A stretch of DNA of 64,000 nucleotides from a virus (taxonomy: Duplodnaviria; Heunggongvirae; Uroviricota; Caudoviricetes), in IMG/VR virus record IMGVR_UViG_3300035494_000066, one strand, 5' to 3'. Below the pieces are notes generated by a model. It was not told the DNA's origin. It made no database searches and saw only the letters and a list, made by a program, of their open reading frames with translations. The position numbers were made by a program, and so were the translations under genes. Positions 25,604 to 34,856 of this stretch are shown here, piece after piece (positions within the stretch are counted from its first letter, which is position 1; every line of letters starts with the position of its first letter).

Positions 25604-26068
25604 TCAATTGTTTTTACTAAGTGTATGTATGACATCGAGCTGCTGCTTTAACTCTAACAATTCAGCTGCGGTTCTGGGAGATATACCGTCTGAGCGTAAT
25701 AGTATTTCGTATGCTGCTGTACTCTTGCTTTTATTCCGTACTTGCTGCACAACTTGCCGGACTATCGAGTGGATGTTCCATATTGCACTAGATGTGTTTT
25801 TTGCGGCATCTGCAGACTCATACAACTCCTCTGATGTTATCGAGAGTATGTTATACAACGCATCAGACATTATAGATATAACACTACAATCGCCTAGCTG
25901 AAGATTGTTTCTTCCTTCAGCAAATGTAGTACTAGTTAACTGATCTGTAGTTGTCATTGATTGTGCGGCTTCGTTTGCTGCGATGCACGCCTTTAAGCTT
26001 TTATTTTCTTCCCTAAGCAATGCGATCTCGGCTAATAGCTTCTTTAGGTCCGAATTATCAGTTAACAT
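25604..26068 (-). CDS. hypothetical coiled-coil protein (154 aa)
   Basis: Minus-strand ORF. Confidence 0.4.
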   Translation of the reverse strand: MLTDNSDLKKLLAEIALLREENKSLKACIAANEAAQSMTTTDQLTSTTFAEGRNNLQLGDCSVISIMSDALYNILSITSEELYESADAAKNTSSAIWNIHSIVRQVVQQVRNKSKSTAAYEILLRSDGISPRTAAELLELKQQLDVIHTLSKNN

Positions 26069-26070
26069 TG

Positions 26071-26355
26071 CTACTCCAGAGAATCTATAATCTTCTTCTC
26101 GATGTCTGCATATCCGTCTGGGTCGATTTCTTTAAGTGCAGCCCGGTGATTAACGATATATTGACTTAGAAGTTTGTTTAGTCCTATTGCACGCCGGAGG
26201 TTCATTGAAGTTTCAACATACGATCTTGTTGTGTCGTCGAACTGCCGCCGGAGCTCGTCGTGGTCGTCTTTAATTCGATACACTTCGGATCGTAAATTGT
26301 CGAGATTGAACACAAGAGCAATGTTGTCTTTAACCCGTTTAAAGAATTTTATCAT
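26071..26355 (-). CDS. hypothetical protein (94 aa)
   Basis: Minus-strand ORF. Confidence 0.4.
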   Translation of the reverse strand: MIKFFKRVKDNIALVFNLDNLRSEVYRIKDDHDELRRQFDDTTRSYVETSMNLRRAIGLNKLLSQYIVNHRAALKEIDPDGYADIEKKIIDSLE

Positions 26356-26381
26356 ATCAAACGTTCCTAATAAGCTGCTAG

Positions 26382-27497
26382 TTAAACTAGCAGCTGTTCA
26401 AGGTTGATGTTGTTAGACTCGGAGAACATTTCTGCTTTTACTAGCAGGTTTTCATCTTCATCATAGAATACGACAGTGTTGCCTTCTCGTACAACAATGT
26501 CTCCGAGATCAACGACCGCGTAATCAGTGTACGAGTCTGAGGTGCCCGGATTGACAACAAATCGAACTTTAGACGATTTAGTACCGACTGGCATGTCAAT
26601 GACGTCGAACCCTGTACGGACTTCTACCGGTGTGTCGGACCCTTTTTTCAGCAGCTGATTGATGCGCAGTTTGTTAGAAGTGCCGCCTAGCGGATTATAC
26701 GGAGTATCTACGTTTAGATCACTAATCAGCTCAGTCACCGACCCGCCGTATCGCTTGTACTCTTCGATGATAGCTTGCAGCACATCAAACGAGAACTCGA
26801 ACATCCGGAATGCAAGTTCTGCAATTTCTTCTGCAACACTGTCCGGAACGCCTTGGTCTTTGCAATAATCTAGGATTGCAGATTCTTCAAGCTTTCCGTA
26901 ACGGAAGTGATAGTGCACACGCCCCGGGCGGTTACGCATAAACTCGTTAACTTTGAACTCGTTGTTTTCTGTTAGGATAATAAGCCGCTTCTGACTTCCT
27001 GTACCGTCAAACAGCGTTAGCAGATTGTTCTGCGGGTCGTCGTCTTCTGTTGCGTTGAACGTTTTTGCAAACTCGTCGAAAAACATAGCACACTCGCCGA
27101 TGTTATTAACAAATTCGTTAAACCCAGAGCCGCTGAACGGTTCGTTGACAGTAATAACTGGTAGACCTTGGTCGATGACAGTATTGGCGATGATGGAGCT
27201 AGTTAGAGTTTTCCCTGCGCCTTTGTCGCCAGTTAGCATAACACCAGTTGAAGATGTTCTGCTGTTATAAGTAGTAACTACTTTGTTAGCACGGGCCAGA
27301 GCTGAGCCATATACTTTTTCAGGGACAGTAAACCGTTCCTTTTCGTACGTTAGGTAAAAACCGCGGTTCGGGTGAAATCTAGCAGAATACACAGCTGGGC
27401 GAAGTGTATCAGTGAAGTCAGATACTTGCAGACTTAGAACCTGTACAGTGTTACCGTCCTTAAGGAACTTAGTAGTTTTCATTGAATGTTCTCTCAT
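26382..27497 (-). CDS. AAA-family ATPase (371 aa)
   Basis: GDKGAGKT Walker A and DEF Walker B-like motifs. Preceded by a TTGACA-17-TACACT promoter at 27521-27549. Confidence 0.6.
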   Translation of the reverse strand: MREHSMKTTKFLKDGNTVQVLSLQVSDFTDTLRPAVYSARFHPNRGFYLTYEKERFTVPEKVYGSALARANKVVTTYNSRTSSTGVMLTGDKGAGKTLTSSIIANTVIDQGLPVITVNEPFSGSGFNEFVNNIGECAMFFDEFAKTFNATEDDDPQNNLLTLFDGTGSQKRLIILTENNEFKVNEFMRNRPGRVHYHFRYGKLEESAILDYCKDQGVPDSVAEEIAELAFRMFEFSFDVLQAIIEEYKRYGGSVTELISDLNVDTPYNPLGGTSNKLRINQLLKKGSDTPVEVRTGFDVIDMPVGTKSSKVRFVVNPGTSDSYTDYAVVDLGDIVVREGNTVVFYDEDENLLVKAEMFSESNNINLEQLLV

Positions 27498-27520
27498 TTA
27501 ATGTGTTGTTGAATGTAACT

Positions 27521-27549
27521 AGTGTAAAGCAGTTCTGGTAAATTGTCAA
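27521..27549 (-). promoter_or_regulatory. sigma70-like promoter TTGACA-17-TACACT upstream of the AAA ATPase gene
   Basis: Minus strand ccgTTGACAatttaccagaactgcttTACACTagt. Confidence 0.5.
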
Positions 27550-27744
27550 CGGGTTTTTGAAAGTTGCCATGTATCATTGTGTAATACATGAGGTAAAACT
27601 TCAGTAAGTGCTTCGTCTAAATCCATTCCGTCAATGGCCGCATGGTAACCATGCATAAAGACGTCAGGCACACTGTCTTGCATTGCAGCTATTTGACGCT
27701 TTAGCTCGCGGATTTCAAACTCTAGTTGCTCTTTATGTGGCATA

Positions 27745-28032
27745 TCAGTATCCCTGTGAATCCTTGATTAGTTCTAGTCGTTCTACTGCTTCGGTGTACA
27801 TGGTTGTCCCTTCTTTGTAAGTCGACAGAATTTCGGCAATGTGTTTGTATTCACGCGCTAATCGCGAAGCGGTATTGCACCAGTCGGCGAGTTCGTCGTA
27901 TGTAGGACAGACCATATACTTATTGCAGCTAGCAGTCTCAACGCCATTTGTTACATGAGCGTATCGAGCCTCTTGTCCGCAATTGCATTTCATCATGAAA
28001 ATTTCCTCTCGTGTTCCATTCGTCGCAAGCAC
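27745..28032 (-). CDS. small Cys-rich zinc-ribbon protein (95 aa)
   Basis: CNCG...CNKYMVCP...WCN cysteine pattern. Confidence 0.4.
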   Translation of the reverse strand: MLATNGTREEIFMMKCNCGQEARYAHVTNGVETASCNKYMVCPTYDELADWCNTASRLAREYKHIAEILSTYKEGTTMYTEAVERLELIKDSQGY

Positions 28033-28751
28033 TGCTCAATCGTCTCGTTAGGCAACATCTCATATGATGTGCCAGTTACTCCGCCCTTCCAAGATCCGGA
28101 ACGCTCGCCGACTTCATTACTGAAACTAATATCAATGCATTTATGTTTCAACTTTAGGAATGGCAGCCATTTGCGATGCCACACTCTTTGCTCAACAGTG
28201 CAAGTTGCATCAACCTCTTGCACTTTTCCACTCTTAAGAGTGTAAGTGTATTTGTGTGTCTCAGTCAATGCCCCGTCTTGACGAAAATCCCACGAGTCTG
28301 GACATCCTTTGGCACCTACTTTGACCCATCCGCCGTCTTTTGACAGTATTTCGTGAGTTTCGAACACCATACTAACAAACGGCAGGTCCCAGCACTTAAC
28401 ACGCGGTTTTGACATCTGGCCAATCGACTCATCAAATTCTCCGCCCCAGTAGAACATTGCAGTATTATTAGAGACACAAAACCCGTATTGAGGTAAATTG
28501 CAACCCTCTGCTAACTTTGTTTTAAATGGCAGCTTGACATGGAACACGCCCCAGATAAAACAAAAGCCGATTGCATAACGTTGATCAAAATAGCCTCCCC
28601 TCATGAGGCGAAGCTCTAGCCCGAACCTAGGAGCAAAATACCCCCATGAGAAATCAATAGAGTCTCTATTGATTCTCCACATGCCTAAGAGATGGTGTAA
28701 AATTTTTTGCCACCAATTGAACTCATACTTTAGGACTTCTCTCATACTCAA
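27993..28751 (-). CDS. hypothetical protein (252 aa)
   Basis: Minus-strand ORF. Confidence 0.45.
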   Translation of the reverse strand: MSMREVLKYEFNWWQKILHHLLGMWRINRDSIDFSWGYFAPRFGLELRLMRGGYFDQRYAIGFCFIWGVFHVKLPFKTKLAEGCNLPQYGFCVSNNTAMFYWGGEFDESIGQMSKPRVKCWDLPFVSMVFETHEILSKDGGWVKVGAKGCPDSWDFRQDGALTETHKYTYTLKSGKVQEVDATCTVEQRVWHRKWLPFLKLKHKCIDISFSNEVGERSGSWKGGVTGTSYEMLPNETIEQCLRRMEHERKFS

Positions 28752-29149
28752 TAAACTCTCTTGAAATCAGAAATTATATGGCGCTGGCCAGCAGCACATC
28801 GATGATGTTGAAAGCCCAAAGCAACAAATGCTGTATCGATTTCTTGTCTGATTTCGAGTTCGTCTATTACTTCATCGACAGTGTATGTTTTCTTTTTGTT
28901 TGGTTGGTTTTCCAGCGTGTCACGGGCATCTAGTATATCTTGAAGAGAGTAATACTTACCAGTGTGTTCCTTAGAATTTACAGGCACGAAAGCATCTTTA
29001 GCTGCATCTACATCGTCCGGGTAGAAATCATGTATTGCTGTACCCGTAAAACGAACCTCACCGTCAGCATCCAAACGAACACTTGTGGCAGCATTAGGCC
29101 AATTCGTTTCATCCAAAATACTTGCAAGAAACCTCAGATCCTTGTTCAT
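28748..29149 (-). CDS. hypothetical protein (133 aa)
   Basis: Minus-strand ORF coupled to the upstream gene. Confidence 0.45.
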   Translation of the reverse strand: MNKDLRFLASILDETNWPNAATSVRLDADGEVRFTGTAIHDFYPDDVDAAKDAFVPVNSKEHTGKYYSLQDILDARDTLENQPNKKKTYTVDEVIDELEIRQEIDTAFVALGFQHHRCAAGQRHIISDFKRVY

Positions 29150-29382
29150 TTTGACTCTCCATTAACGACATCATTGATGATCCCTACTGATTCATTTGCT
29201 TTCTTCACAGTAGCTCTCAGTGCTACAAAAGTCTGCTCAATCTCACTTACAAGATAGTCAGGAACCATGTAAGTGCCTCCAACTTTGGGGCACCGTGTTA
29301 GTTGGTCAATCAATTCTTTCATGCCAACTCCTCTCTTTAAGCTATGTGTATTATAAACAACTAAACGAGCTACGCAAACCAT
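29146..29382 (-). CDS. hypothetical protein (78 aa)
   Basis: Minus-strand ORF. Confidence 0.35.
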   Translation of the reverse strand: MVCVARLVVYNTHSLKRGVGMKELIDQLTRCPKVGGTYMVPDYLVSEIEQTFVALRATVKKANESVGIINDVVNGESK

Positions 29383-29423
29383 TAAATGCGCTATTTTAAG
29401 ACAAAGAAACTACCGCATAGCGA

Positions 29424-29711
29424 CTACTTCTCTTTGATCCCTCTCCTGATATACACTCGATAAATTGCTAGCAGCAGTCTGTATACTAGGTAGATCACTA
29501 CTAGTGCTATTCCGCTAAACACAACCATAAACAACCACATTACAGTAGAAATAACGTACTCGTTGGTTACGCAGTCCTCTGGACATTCGACTAGAAAATA
29601 ATCCAATAGAATAGGTGGTACAAAAATAAAAGCCAAAAGACTGAAACAGATAACGAACACCTGAATAACGGCCTTGTCAGTGTTTAATGTTTCTTGCTGG
29701 TAATATTTCAT
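29424..29711 (-). CDS. small membrane protein (2 TM helices, 95 aa)
   Basis: Two long hydrophobic stretches. Confidence 0.4.
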   Translation of the reverse strand: MKYYQQETLNTDKAVIQVFVICFSLLAFIFVPPILLDYFLVECPEDCVTNEYVISTVMWLFMVVFSGIALVVIYLVYRLLLAIYRVYIRRGIKEK

Positions 29712-29773
29712 CTTAGTACCTTTATTGTTAGCATGTTTGCAATTTTAACAAAATAAGCTGCTATTGTATTGTG

Positions 29774-30580
29774 TTATCGGGCAGCTAGCTGGTTGAGTTC
29801 TGCTGCAACTTCTTCTTTGTACTCACAAGCCTTAACTTCTTCAACCTTGTTGACTAACTCGTTCCAGAGGTCAACTGCTTTGTCATGCTCAGCATTGTAA
29901 GCCTTGGAATTCTTTCGGGCGTTACTGTAGTGCTTCGAAGCTATTTCGAGGACGATATCAATGCCGCGGCCAGCGGGCAAGTTACCAACTTTCAAGCCTG
30001 CTAGAACGTCCTTAGCAAAGTAGCCCTCGGTAGCAGCCAGCGGCCTGGCAAAATAAGCTACTGCATCCTCTAGATCGCGCTTGCGGAAAGTCTTAATCAG
30101 CTTGCGCTTTGCTTCTTCTAGCTCTGCGTCAGTTAGTCCGCCGTTTGCAGCACGTTCTGCTTCTTCACGGGCATTACGCTCTTCGATAACTTTGAGACGC
30201 TTAGCCTCCCGTTCAGCTTCGCGCTTCTTGCGATTTAACTCGCGCTTGCGCTTCAGCTCAGCAGCCTTTACAGCAGATATTAACGCAGTGTCACCTAGTC
30301 TCTCGACACAGCTAGAACCGATAGCAAAGAACTTGCCTTCTGCGTCTTTGATGATAAAGTGGTGCAGGATAGGAGTGCCGCAATGGGCACATGTGAAGTT
30401 GCAACACGTAGGGCGCAATGCCATTGCGTTGTTGTAGGCATTCGGATTGGCTTCTAGCAGACCTTTGCTCGGAGCTGACCAAACACCGGTTAAGCGGTAA
30501 GGGGCTACGCCCATTTCAAAGACATTGTGGTGGACAACTTTGTTCTCGGGCATTGCAACAAAAGTAGTTTCAACTGTCAT
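29774..30580 (-). CDS. hypothetical protein with N-terminal Cys/His cluster and Lys/Glu-rich coiled coil (268 aa)
   Basis: CCNFTCAHCGTP followed by a KRKRELNRKKREAEREAKRLK-type segment. Confidence 0.45.
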   Translation of the reverse strand: MTVETTFVAMPENKVVHHNVFEMGVAPYRLTGVWSAPSKGLLEANPNAYNNAMALRPTCCNFTCAHCGTPILHHFIIKDAEGKFFAIGSSCVERLGDTALISAVKAAELKRKRELNRKKREAEREAKRLKVIEERNAREEAERAANGGLTDAELEEAKRKLIKTFRKRDLEDAVAYFARPLAATEGYFAKDVLAGLKVGNLPAGRGIDIVLEIASKHYSNARKNSKAYNAEHDKAVDLWNELVNKVEEVKACEYKEEVAAELNQLAAR

Positions 30581-30623
30581 AGCGTAGTCCTCTCTTTAAG
30601 CTATGTATGTATTATAAACAACG

Positions 30624-30660
30624 AAAGGGGCTATGTAAACCCCTTTCTCTCAATTATTTT
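30624..30660 (-). terminator. hairpin terminator AAAGGGG-ctatgtaaa-CCCCTTT fused to a TATAAT promoter (repeat copy 1)
   Basis: Identical 37-nt element at 31097-31133. Followed on the minus strand by gtttataat and a leader. Confidence 0.5.
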
Positions 30661-31072
30661 AATCTATCATCTGACCAGCGCGATAGGCGAATTCTGCAAT
30701 CTCTATGAGATCTTCGAACTTATCTTCAATGTCGTAGTAGCAGGAACTACCAGAAACAAACCCCCAAATTTTACTGTTGATTGTATCAACGCCAAACCCA
30801 TATTCTTCGAACAAAGCTTCCTTGAATTGTTCCTCTATCTCATTCAGCTGCTTATCGTATTCTCGCGCTTTACTTATATATGTTGTAGCAACCAAATCAG
30901 TCAGACGTTTTTCCTCGTCACTGATCTCTTCCTTTGTGCCAACGAATTTATCGAATCCAACAAATACTTCTTTTTCGATTTCTAAACGACTCGGGCATTC
31001 GACGTCATTCTCAAAATCTTCCACCATCTTTTCGTATTTCTCATAGATCATGGCACGTCTCCTTCGTTTCAA
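30659..31072 (-). CDS. hypothetical acidic protein (137 aa)
   Basis: Minus-strand ORF between the two terminator-promoter repeat copies. Confidence 0.45.
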   Translation of the reverse strand: MKRRRRAMIYEKYEKMVEDFENDVECPSRLEIEKEVFVGFDKFVGTKEEISDEEKRLTDLVATTYISKAREYDKQLNEIEEQFKEALFEEYGFGVDTINSKIWGFVSGSSCYYDIEDKFEDLIEIAEFAYRAGQMID

Positions 31073-31096
31073 TTTATGAATCCATTATAAACAAAA

Positions 31097-31133
31097 AGAG
31101 GGGCTATGTAAACCCCTTTCTCTCAATTATTTT
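31097..31133 (-). terminator. hairpin terminator/promoter cassette (repeat copy 2)
   Basis: Exact repeat of 30624-30660. Confidence 0.5.
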
Positions 31134-31483
31134 GAATAATCCACCAACTTCTCAAAATCTTCACGGTTGTTAGCTTCGATCGGTTTAGACATGTCACGAA
31201 TAACAGTAGGACGATCTGCATCTGCTTTGTTATACATTTCAACTTGTTTCTGTTCTTGTAGCTTGTCAAACGGCTCATGTTTATAAGTGATGGATGAATC
31301 AACCATAACCAAAGCGAGGGAGATAAACCAAGCTATCGCCGCGCCTTCAATGAACCAATTGGGCGCTTTCTCGTGTTGTTTCTTTAGGAACTTCCTGAAA
31401 AAGAGACTTGCAATAACAACCGCAAGCACTGCAACAGTAGGAGCTGCCATTCCTAGTGCTACGTTAATCATGTACTCAATCAT
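31127..31483 (-). CDS. small membrane protein (2 TM helices + soluble C-terminus), possible NfeD-like partner of the SPFH protein
   Basis: Hydrophobic segments at the N-terminus and mid-protein. Sits immediately downstream of the SPFH gene. Confidence 0.35.
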   Translation of the reverse strand: MIEYMINVALGMAAPTVAVLAVVIASLFFRKFLKKQHEKAPNWFIEGAAIAWFISLALVMVDSSITYKHEPFDKLQEQKQVEMYNKADADRPTVIRDMSKPIEANNREDFEKLVDYSK

Positions 31484-31535
31484 TTTCTGACCCTCTGTTC
31501 AATAAAAAGATGGGGCCTTTTGACCCCAATTAAAA

Positions 31536-32429
31536 TCACTTACCGAGTTGCATCTGACCAGCTACAGTCTGCATCATATCAACCGGCATGAACACCTTGT
31601 TATCGCTTGCTGCCATCTGTTCCATGATCTGGAAGGAACGATATACTTTGTAATTAGGGGTCATACTATCACCCATGATCTTATTGACTTCAGCTTCAGC
31701 ACGGGCTTTCTCAACTTCAATCTTACGGCGCATTTCCTGTTCTTGTAGCTCACGTTCTAGCTGAACCTTGCTAATTTCCAGTTGAGCATTCTCTTGTTCA
31801 ATCTGCTCACGTCGCTCAGCAGCTTTTTCCTGTGCCTGGGTAATGATCGGAGGATATCCTACATCAGCAAGACCGAGGTAACGAACCTTGAAGGGAGTGC
31901 GTTTCTCGATGCTCTCAGCAAGACGACTTGACAGTTCCTTATTGATTGCGTCACGGCTACTAGCAATCTCTGCAATGGTGAACTGACTCAGATACTCTCG
32001 CGCTTCAGATCGAATAATGTCTTTAGCGTAAGTGTTATAAACAGTAGCTAGCGGAATTTGATAAACACGATCATCATCTGTAGGTCTGGGAGTTACCTTT
32101 GCAAACACCTGTTCATAATCATTAGGATTGACAGACAAGGTTGCGCGTAGATCGAAGGTCATCATCAGCTTATCACGAGGCATGAACAGCTCCATCTTCT
32201 CAGTCACGCTCTGGTCTGCAGCATTCAAAGTGACTAGCTTATCACAATACGCCCAACACCAATCCAGGCGGAACTTGGAGGTTGGAATTACGCCTTCCTT
32301 ATATCCGTTTTTGGTCATGACCTTGCCAACTTCAGCTGGAGCAACTTCTGCGACCTGGCCACAACCCACCATGCCAACAGCAAGGCCTGCGATTGCAGCT
32401 ACTTTAAGAATCTTAGACTTAATAGACAT
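31536..32429 (-). CDS. SPFH/band-7 (stomatin/prohibitin/HflKC-like) lipoprotein
   Basis: Lipobox LAVGMVGCG. SPFH-like core followed by a long EQ/RK-rich coiled coil (REQIEQENAQLEISKVQLERELQEQEMRRKIEVEKARAEAE). Confidence 0.55.
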   Translation of the reverse strand: MSIKSKILKVAAIAGLAVGMVGCGQVAEVAPAEVGKVMTKNGYKEGVIPTSKFRLDWCWAYCDKLVTLNAADQSVTEKMELFMPRDKLMMTFDLRATLSVNPNDYEQVFAKVTPRPTDDDRVYQIPLATVYNTYAKDIIRSEAREYLSQFTIAEIASSRDAINKELSSRLAESIEKRTPFKVRYLGLADVGYPPIITQAQEKAAERREQIEQENAQLEISKVQLERELQEQEMRRKIEVEKARAEAEVNKIMGDSMTPNYKVYRSFQIMEQMAASDNKVFMPVDMMQTVAGQMQLGK

Positions 32430-32771
32430 TTTTATTTCCTTTTTTGAGTTTATATTATTACGTTAATAGTTAAGGCTAGTCGAAGTTAATCGGTTCGGCA
32501 CCGTCGAAGTCTTGCGGGATGCTCGGAAGCTGCTTCCACGGTTTTGTGTTACTTAAGCCATGTTGCACGTCAATGGCCCACACTGTACCATCGTCGCATA
32601 GTGCAACAGCGGTTGCCTGTCCGTTGTTGTACGGCGTAGTTGAGATTGATATCGGTTTACGTCTAGTTGGTTGTTTCATCTGTTCCTTCTGTATTTCTGT
32701 TTGTGTTACTAAGTATAACGCTGGTAGATAGGATTGTACAAGATCTTTTTTTAAATTCTGTACTATCTGTG

Positions 32772-33086
32772 TTAATTTAGATCAAAGCTGTGTATGTCTT
32801 GGTTATCCCGGGGGCGGCTGTTAGAAAATTCAGTGTTAACAGTTTCTGGGCAGCGCACGCCTGTTCCTTCTTCGTTGATCAACTGTACTACATCATTCGG
32901 AGTAGACCCGTACCAGCTTAATACGACAAATTGGTATCCTGCTTTGCATATAGTCTCAGGTTTCGGCGGCTCAGGTCTTGCTTGATGCCCTATTATAGGT
33001 GGCAGTAGAATAGCCGCAGCTAGTCCAAGGATTGCTATTATAAGCATTAGTTCGATTAGTGTGAACCCGCGACTGTTGTGAGTCAT
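32772..33086 (-). CDS. prepilin-type N-terminal cleavage/methylation-domain protein (type IV pilin/pseudopilin-like)
   Basis: N-terminus MTHNSRGFTLIELMLIIAILGLAAAILLPP, a class III signal motif G/FTLIE plus a hydrophobic helix. Confidence 0.55.
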   Translation of the reverse strand: MTHNSRGFTLIELMLIIAILGLAAAILLPPIIGHQARPEPPKPETICKAGYQFVVLSWYGSTPNDVVQLINEEGTGVRCPETVNTEFSNSRPRDNQDIHSFDLN

Positions 33087-33355
33087 TAATCTATCTCTAC
33101 TGGTTTGTCAGTTGTTCGACTGTGTAGCTGTCCGTTTTTAATATAAAACGCTTTGTCTATTTTTCGAATTGTATTTTTTAAGTGTCTGATTGTTTCTGGG
33201 TCATTTAAGTCAACCCGGAAACCGTTGTCAAATACTTCTAGTCGTACCCCCGACTTTGTGCGGACATACGACGATCCAGGCTGAGGGAGCCACGCATTTT
33301 GTAAGGCATTAACGACCTTACAAACAAAGTTTTTACTTGCTTTTAATAAGCGCAA
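33086..33355 (-). CDS. hypothetical protein (89 aa)
   Basis: Minus-strand ORF. Confidence 0.35.
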   Translation of the reverse strand: MRLLKASKNFVCKVVNALQNAWLPQPGSSYVRTKSGVRLEVFDNGFRVDLNDPETIRHLKNTIRKIDKAFYIKNGQLHSRTTDKPVEID

Positions 33356-33707
33356 AATTACGCTCCCGCTGATCTACCTTACGGTTGCTAACTTTAAGGA
33401 AGCTCACCGGAATCCGGTAAACATACGCAACCCAATGACCTGGGCGAACAACTTCAGTTATTACACCGCGTTTTGACTTCCGGCGTGTTGTTTTCCGGCG
33501 AAGTTTTTGTAAGTTGTAAGCAATGATATATTCGCCTTGGCGATCAATCAGTGCGCCCGAAGAAACACTACTAAACGTAGATGTGAGCCCTTTGTAATTG
33601 TTCTTGATTTTGCTAACAATTTCATTTTTCGTCGAAGCAACAACTTTGCTGTTACTGTACGAGGTTATTACGAGTTTAGTTGGCTTGATATCGATCGAAA
33701 GACGCAT
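33333..33707 (-). CDS. hypothetical basic protein (124 aa)
   Basis: Minus-strand ORF. Confidence 0.4.
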   Translation of the reverse strand: MRLSIDIKPTKLVITSYSNSKVVASTKNEIVSKIKNNYKGLTSTFSSVSSGALIDRQGEYIIAYNLQKLRRKTTRRKSKRGVITEVVRPGHWVAYVYRIPVSFLKVSNRKVDQRERNFALIKSK

Positions 33708-33728
33708 CTTAGCTACCTTGTTATCTGG

Positions 33729-34004
33729 TTAATCCAACATGTTACGGTGAGCTGCTACACTAGCACAGTACTCGCTAATGCGCTCTGCAGAACCCCATGC
33801 TCCTCGGGGAACTTGATTGTAGATGAACTTAGCAATCTCTGGGATAGCAACAGCGTTCATAGAGTCTGCCCGGGCAACAGCACCCATTAAGTCATTTGAC
33901 AATACTGCGCACAAAAAGCCGCCCGGTTCAAAACCGTGTTCGATGTAGTTAGAAAGGGCATGTTGAGTGTGTTCCGGGATATTATAACCAGCAAAGTTCA
34001 TCAT
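33729..34004 (-). CDS. hypothetical protein (91 aa)
   Basis: Minus-strand ORF. Confidence 0.35.
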   Translation of the reverse strand: MMNFAGYNIPEHTQHALSNYIEHGFEPGGFLCAVLSNDLMGAVARADSMNAVAIPEIAKFIYNQVPRGAWGSAERISEYCASVAAHRNMLD

Positions 34005-34271
34005 GATGTGATCCTCTATTCCTAACTCTTTATGTGTGTATTATAGTGCCAAATTAGCATTAGTGTCAAGCTTAAATTTTACAAAATTATCAATTATTAG
34101 AAGGATTAACAAGGCACTCGGCTTTAACTTCTTCCTTGATACTATCGACTACCATTGAATGGTACGACAAGTTGTAGTTAATCCAGCGCGATGCTACAAA
34201 CGAAAAATATCCGCCAATGGCTAACACTGCTATTACAACAACACCAATTGCGATCATGATAAAATTATCTT

Positions 34272-34550
34272 TCATTGTGCCTCTTCCTCACGGAATATAA
34301 AATTTGGAGCAGCTGATGCAGTAACAACTAGCTGCCCTTCGTATGCCAACTGGCGAACCTGATGTGCACTAAGCTGTTCGTTAAGTGCGCCGAAAACCGG
34401 ATGATCTACTTTATAACGAAACAACCCATCAGACAACTTAATAACAACAGAGCTAACTCCCCAGTGGTCAACTACACCCATGATTGCAACAGATCTCGAC
34501 TCTGCATAATCAACTGCAATAAGCGTGTTCTTGTATGCATTGTAACTCAT
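34272..34550 (-). CDS. hypothetical protein (92 aa)
   Basis: Minus-strand ORF. Confidence 0.35.
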   Translation of the reverse strand: MSYNAYKNTLIAVDYAESRSVAIMGVVDHWGVSSVVIKLSDGLFRYKVDHPVFGALNEQLSAHQVRQLAYEGQLVVTASAAPNFIFREEEAQ

Positions 34551-34856
34551 GATGCACCTTTAGTTGCTGCTCTTGACACAGTTATTATACTAAAGGCGCA
34601 ACCACAATACAACCTGTTTATCTGTAAATTGTAGTTAATGGTCGGAGTTTTACGTAGTCGGCCCAGATGAGCGCAAGCCACATTGCATTTAGTAAATACC
34701 AAATCGAATCCGGGGCTTCTACAGTGTACCCGGCGCTCGACATAATTCCGTTAACGCACATTTCAGTGGCTATAATTGCTAGCATAATGTGGTTAATGTT
34801 AACAGACAAAGTTCCTAAGATGCTGCCTTTTTTCATTGCGGTAGTCCTGTGTCCTA

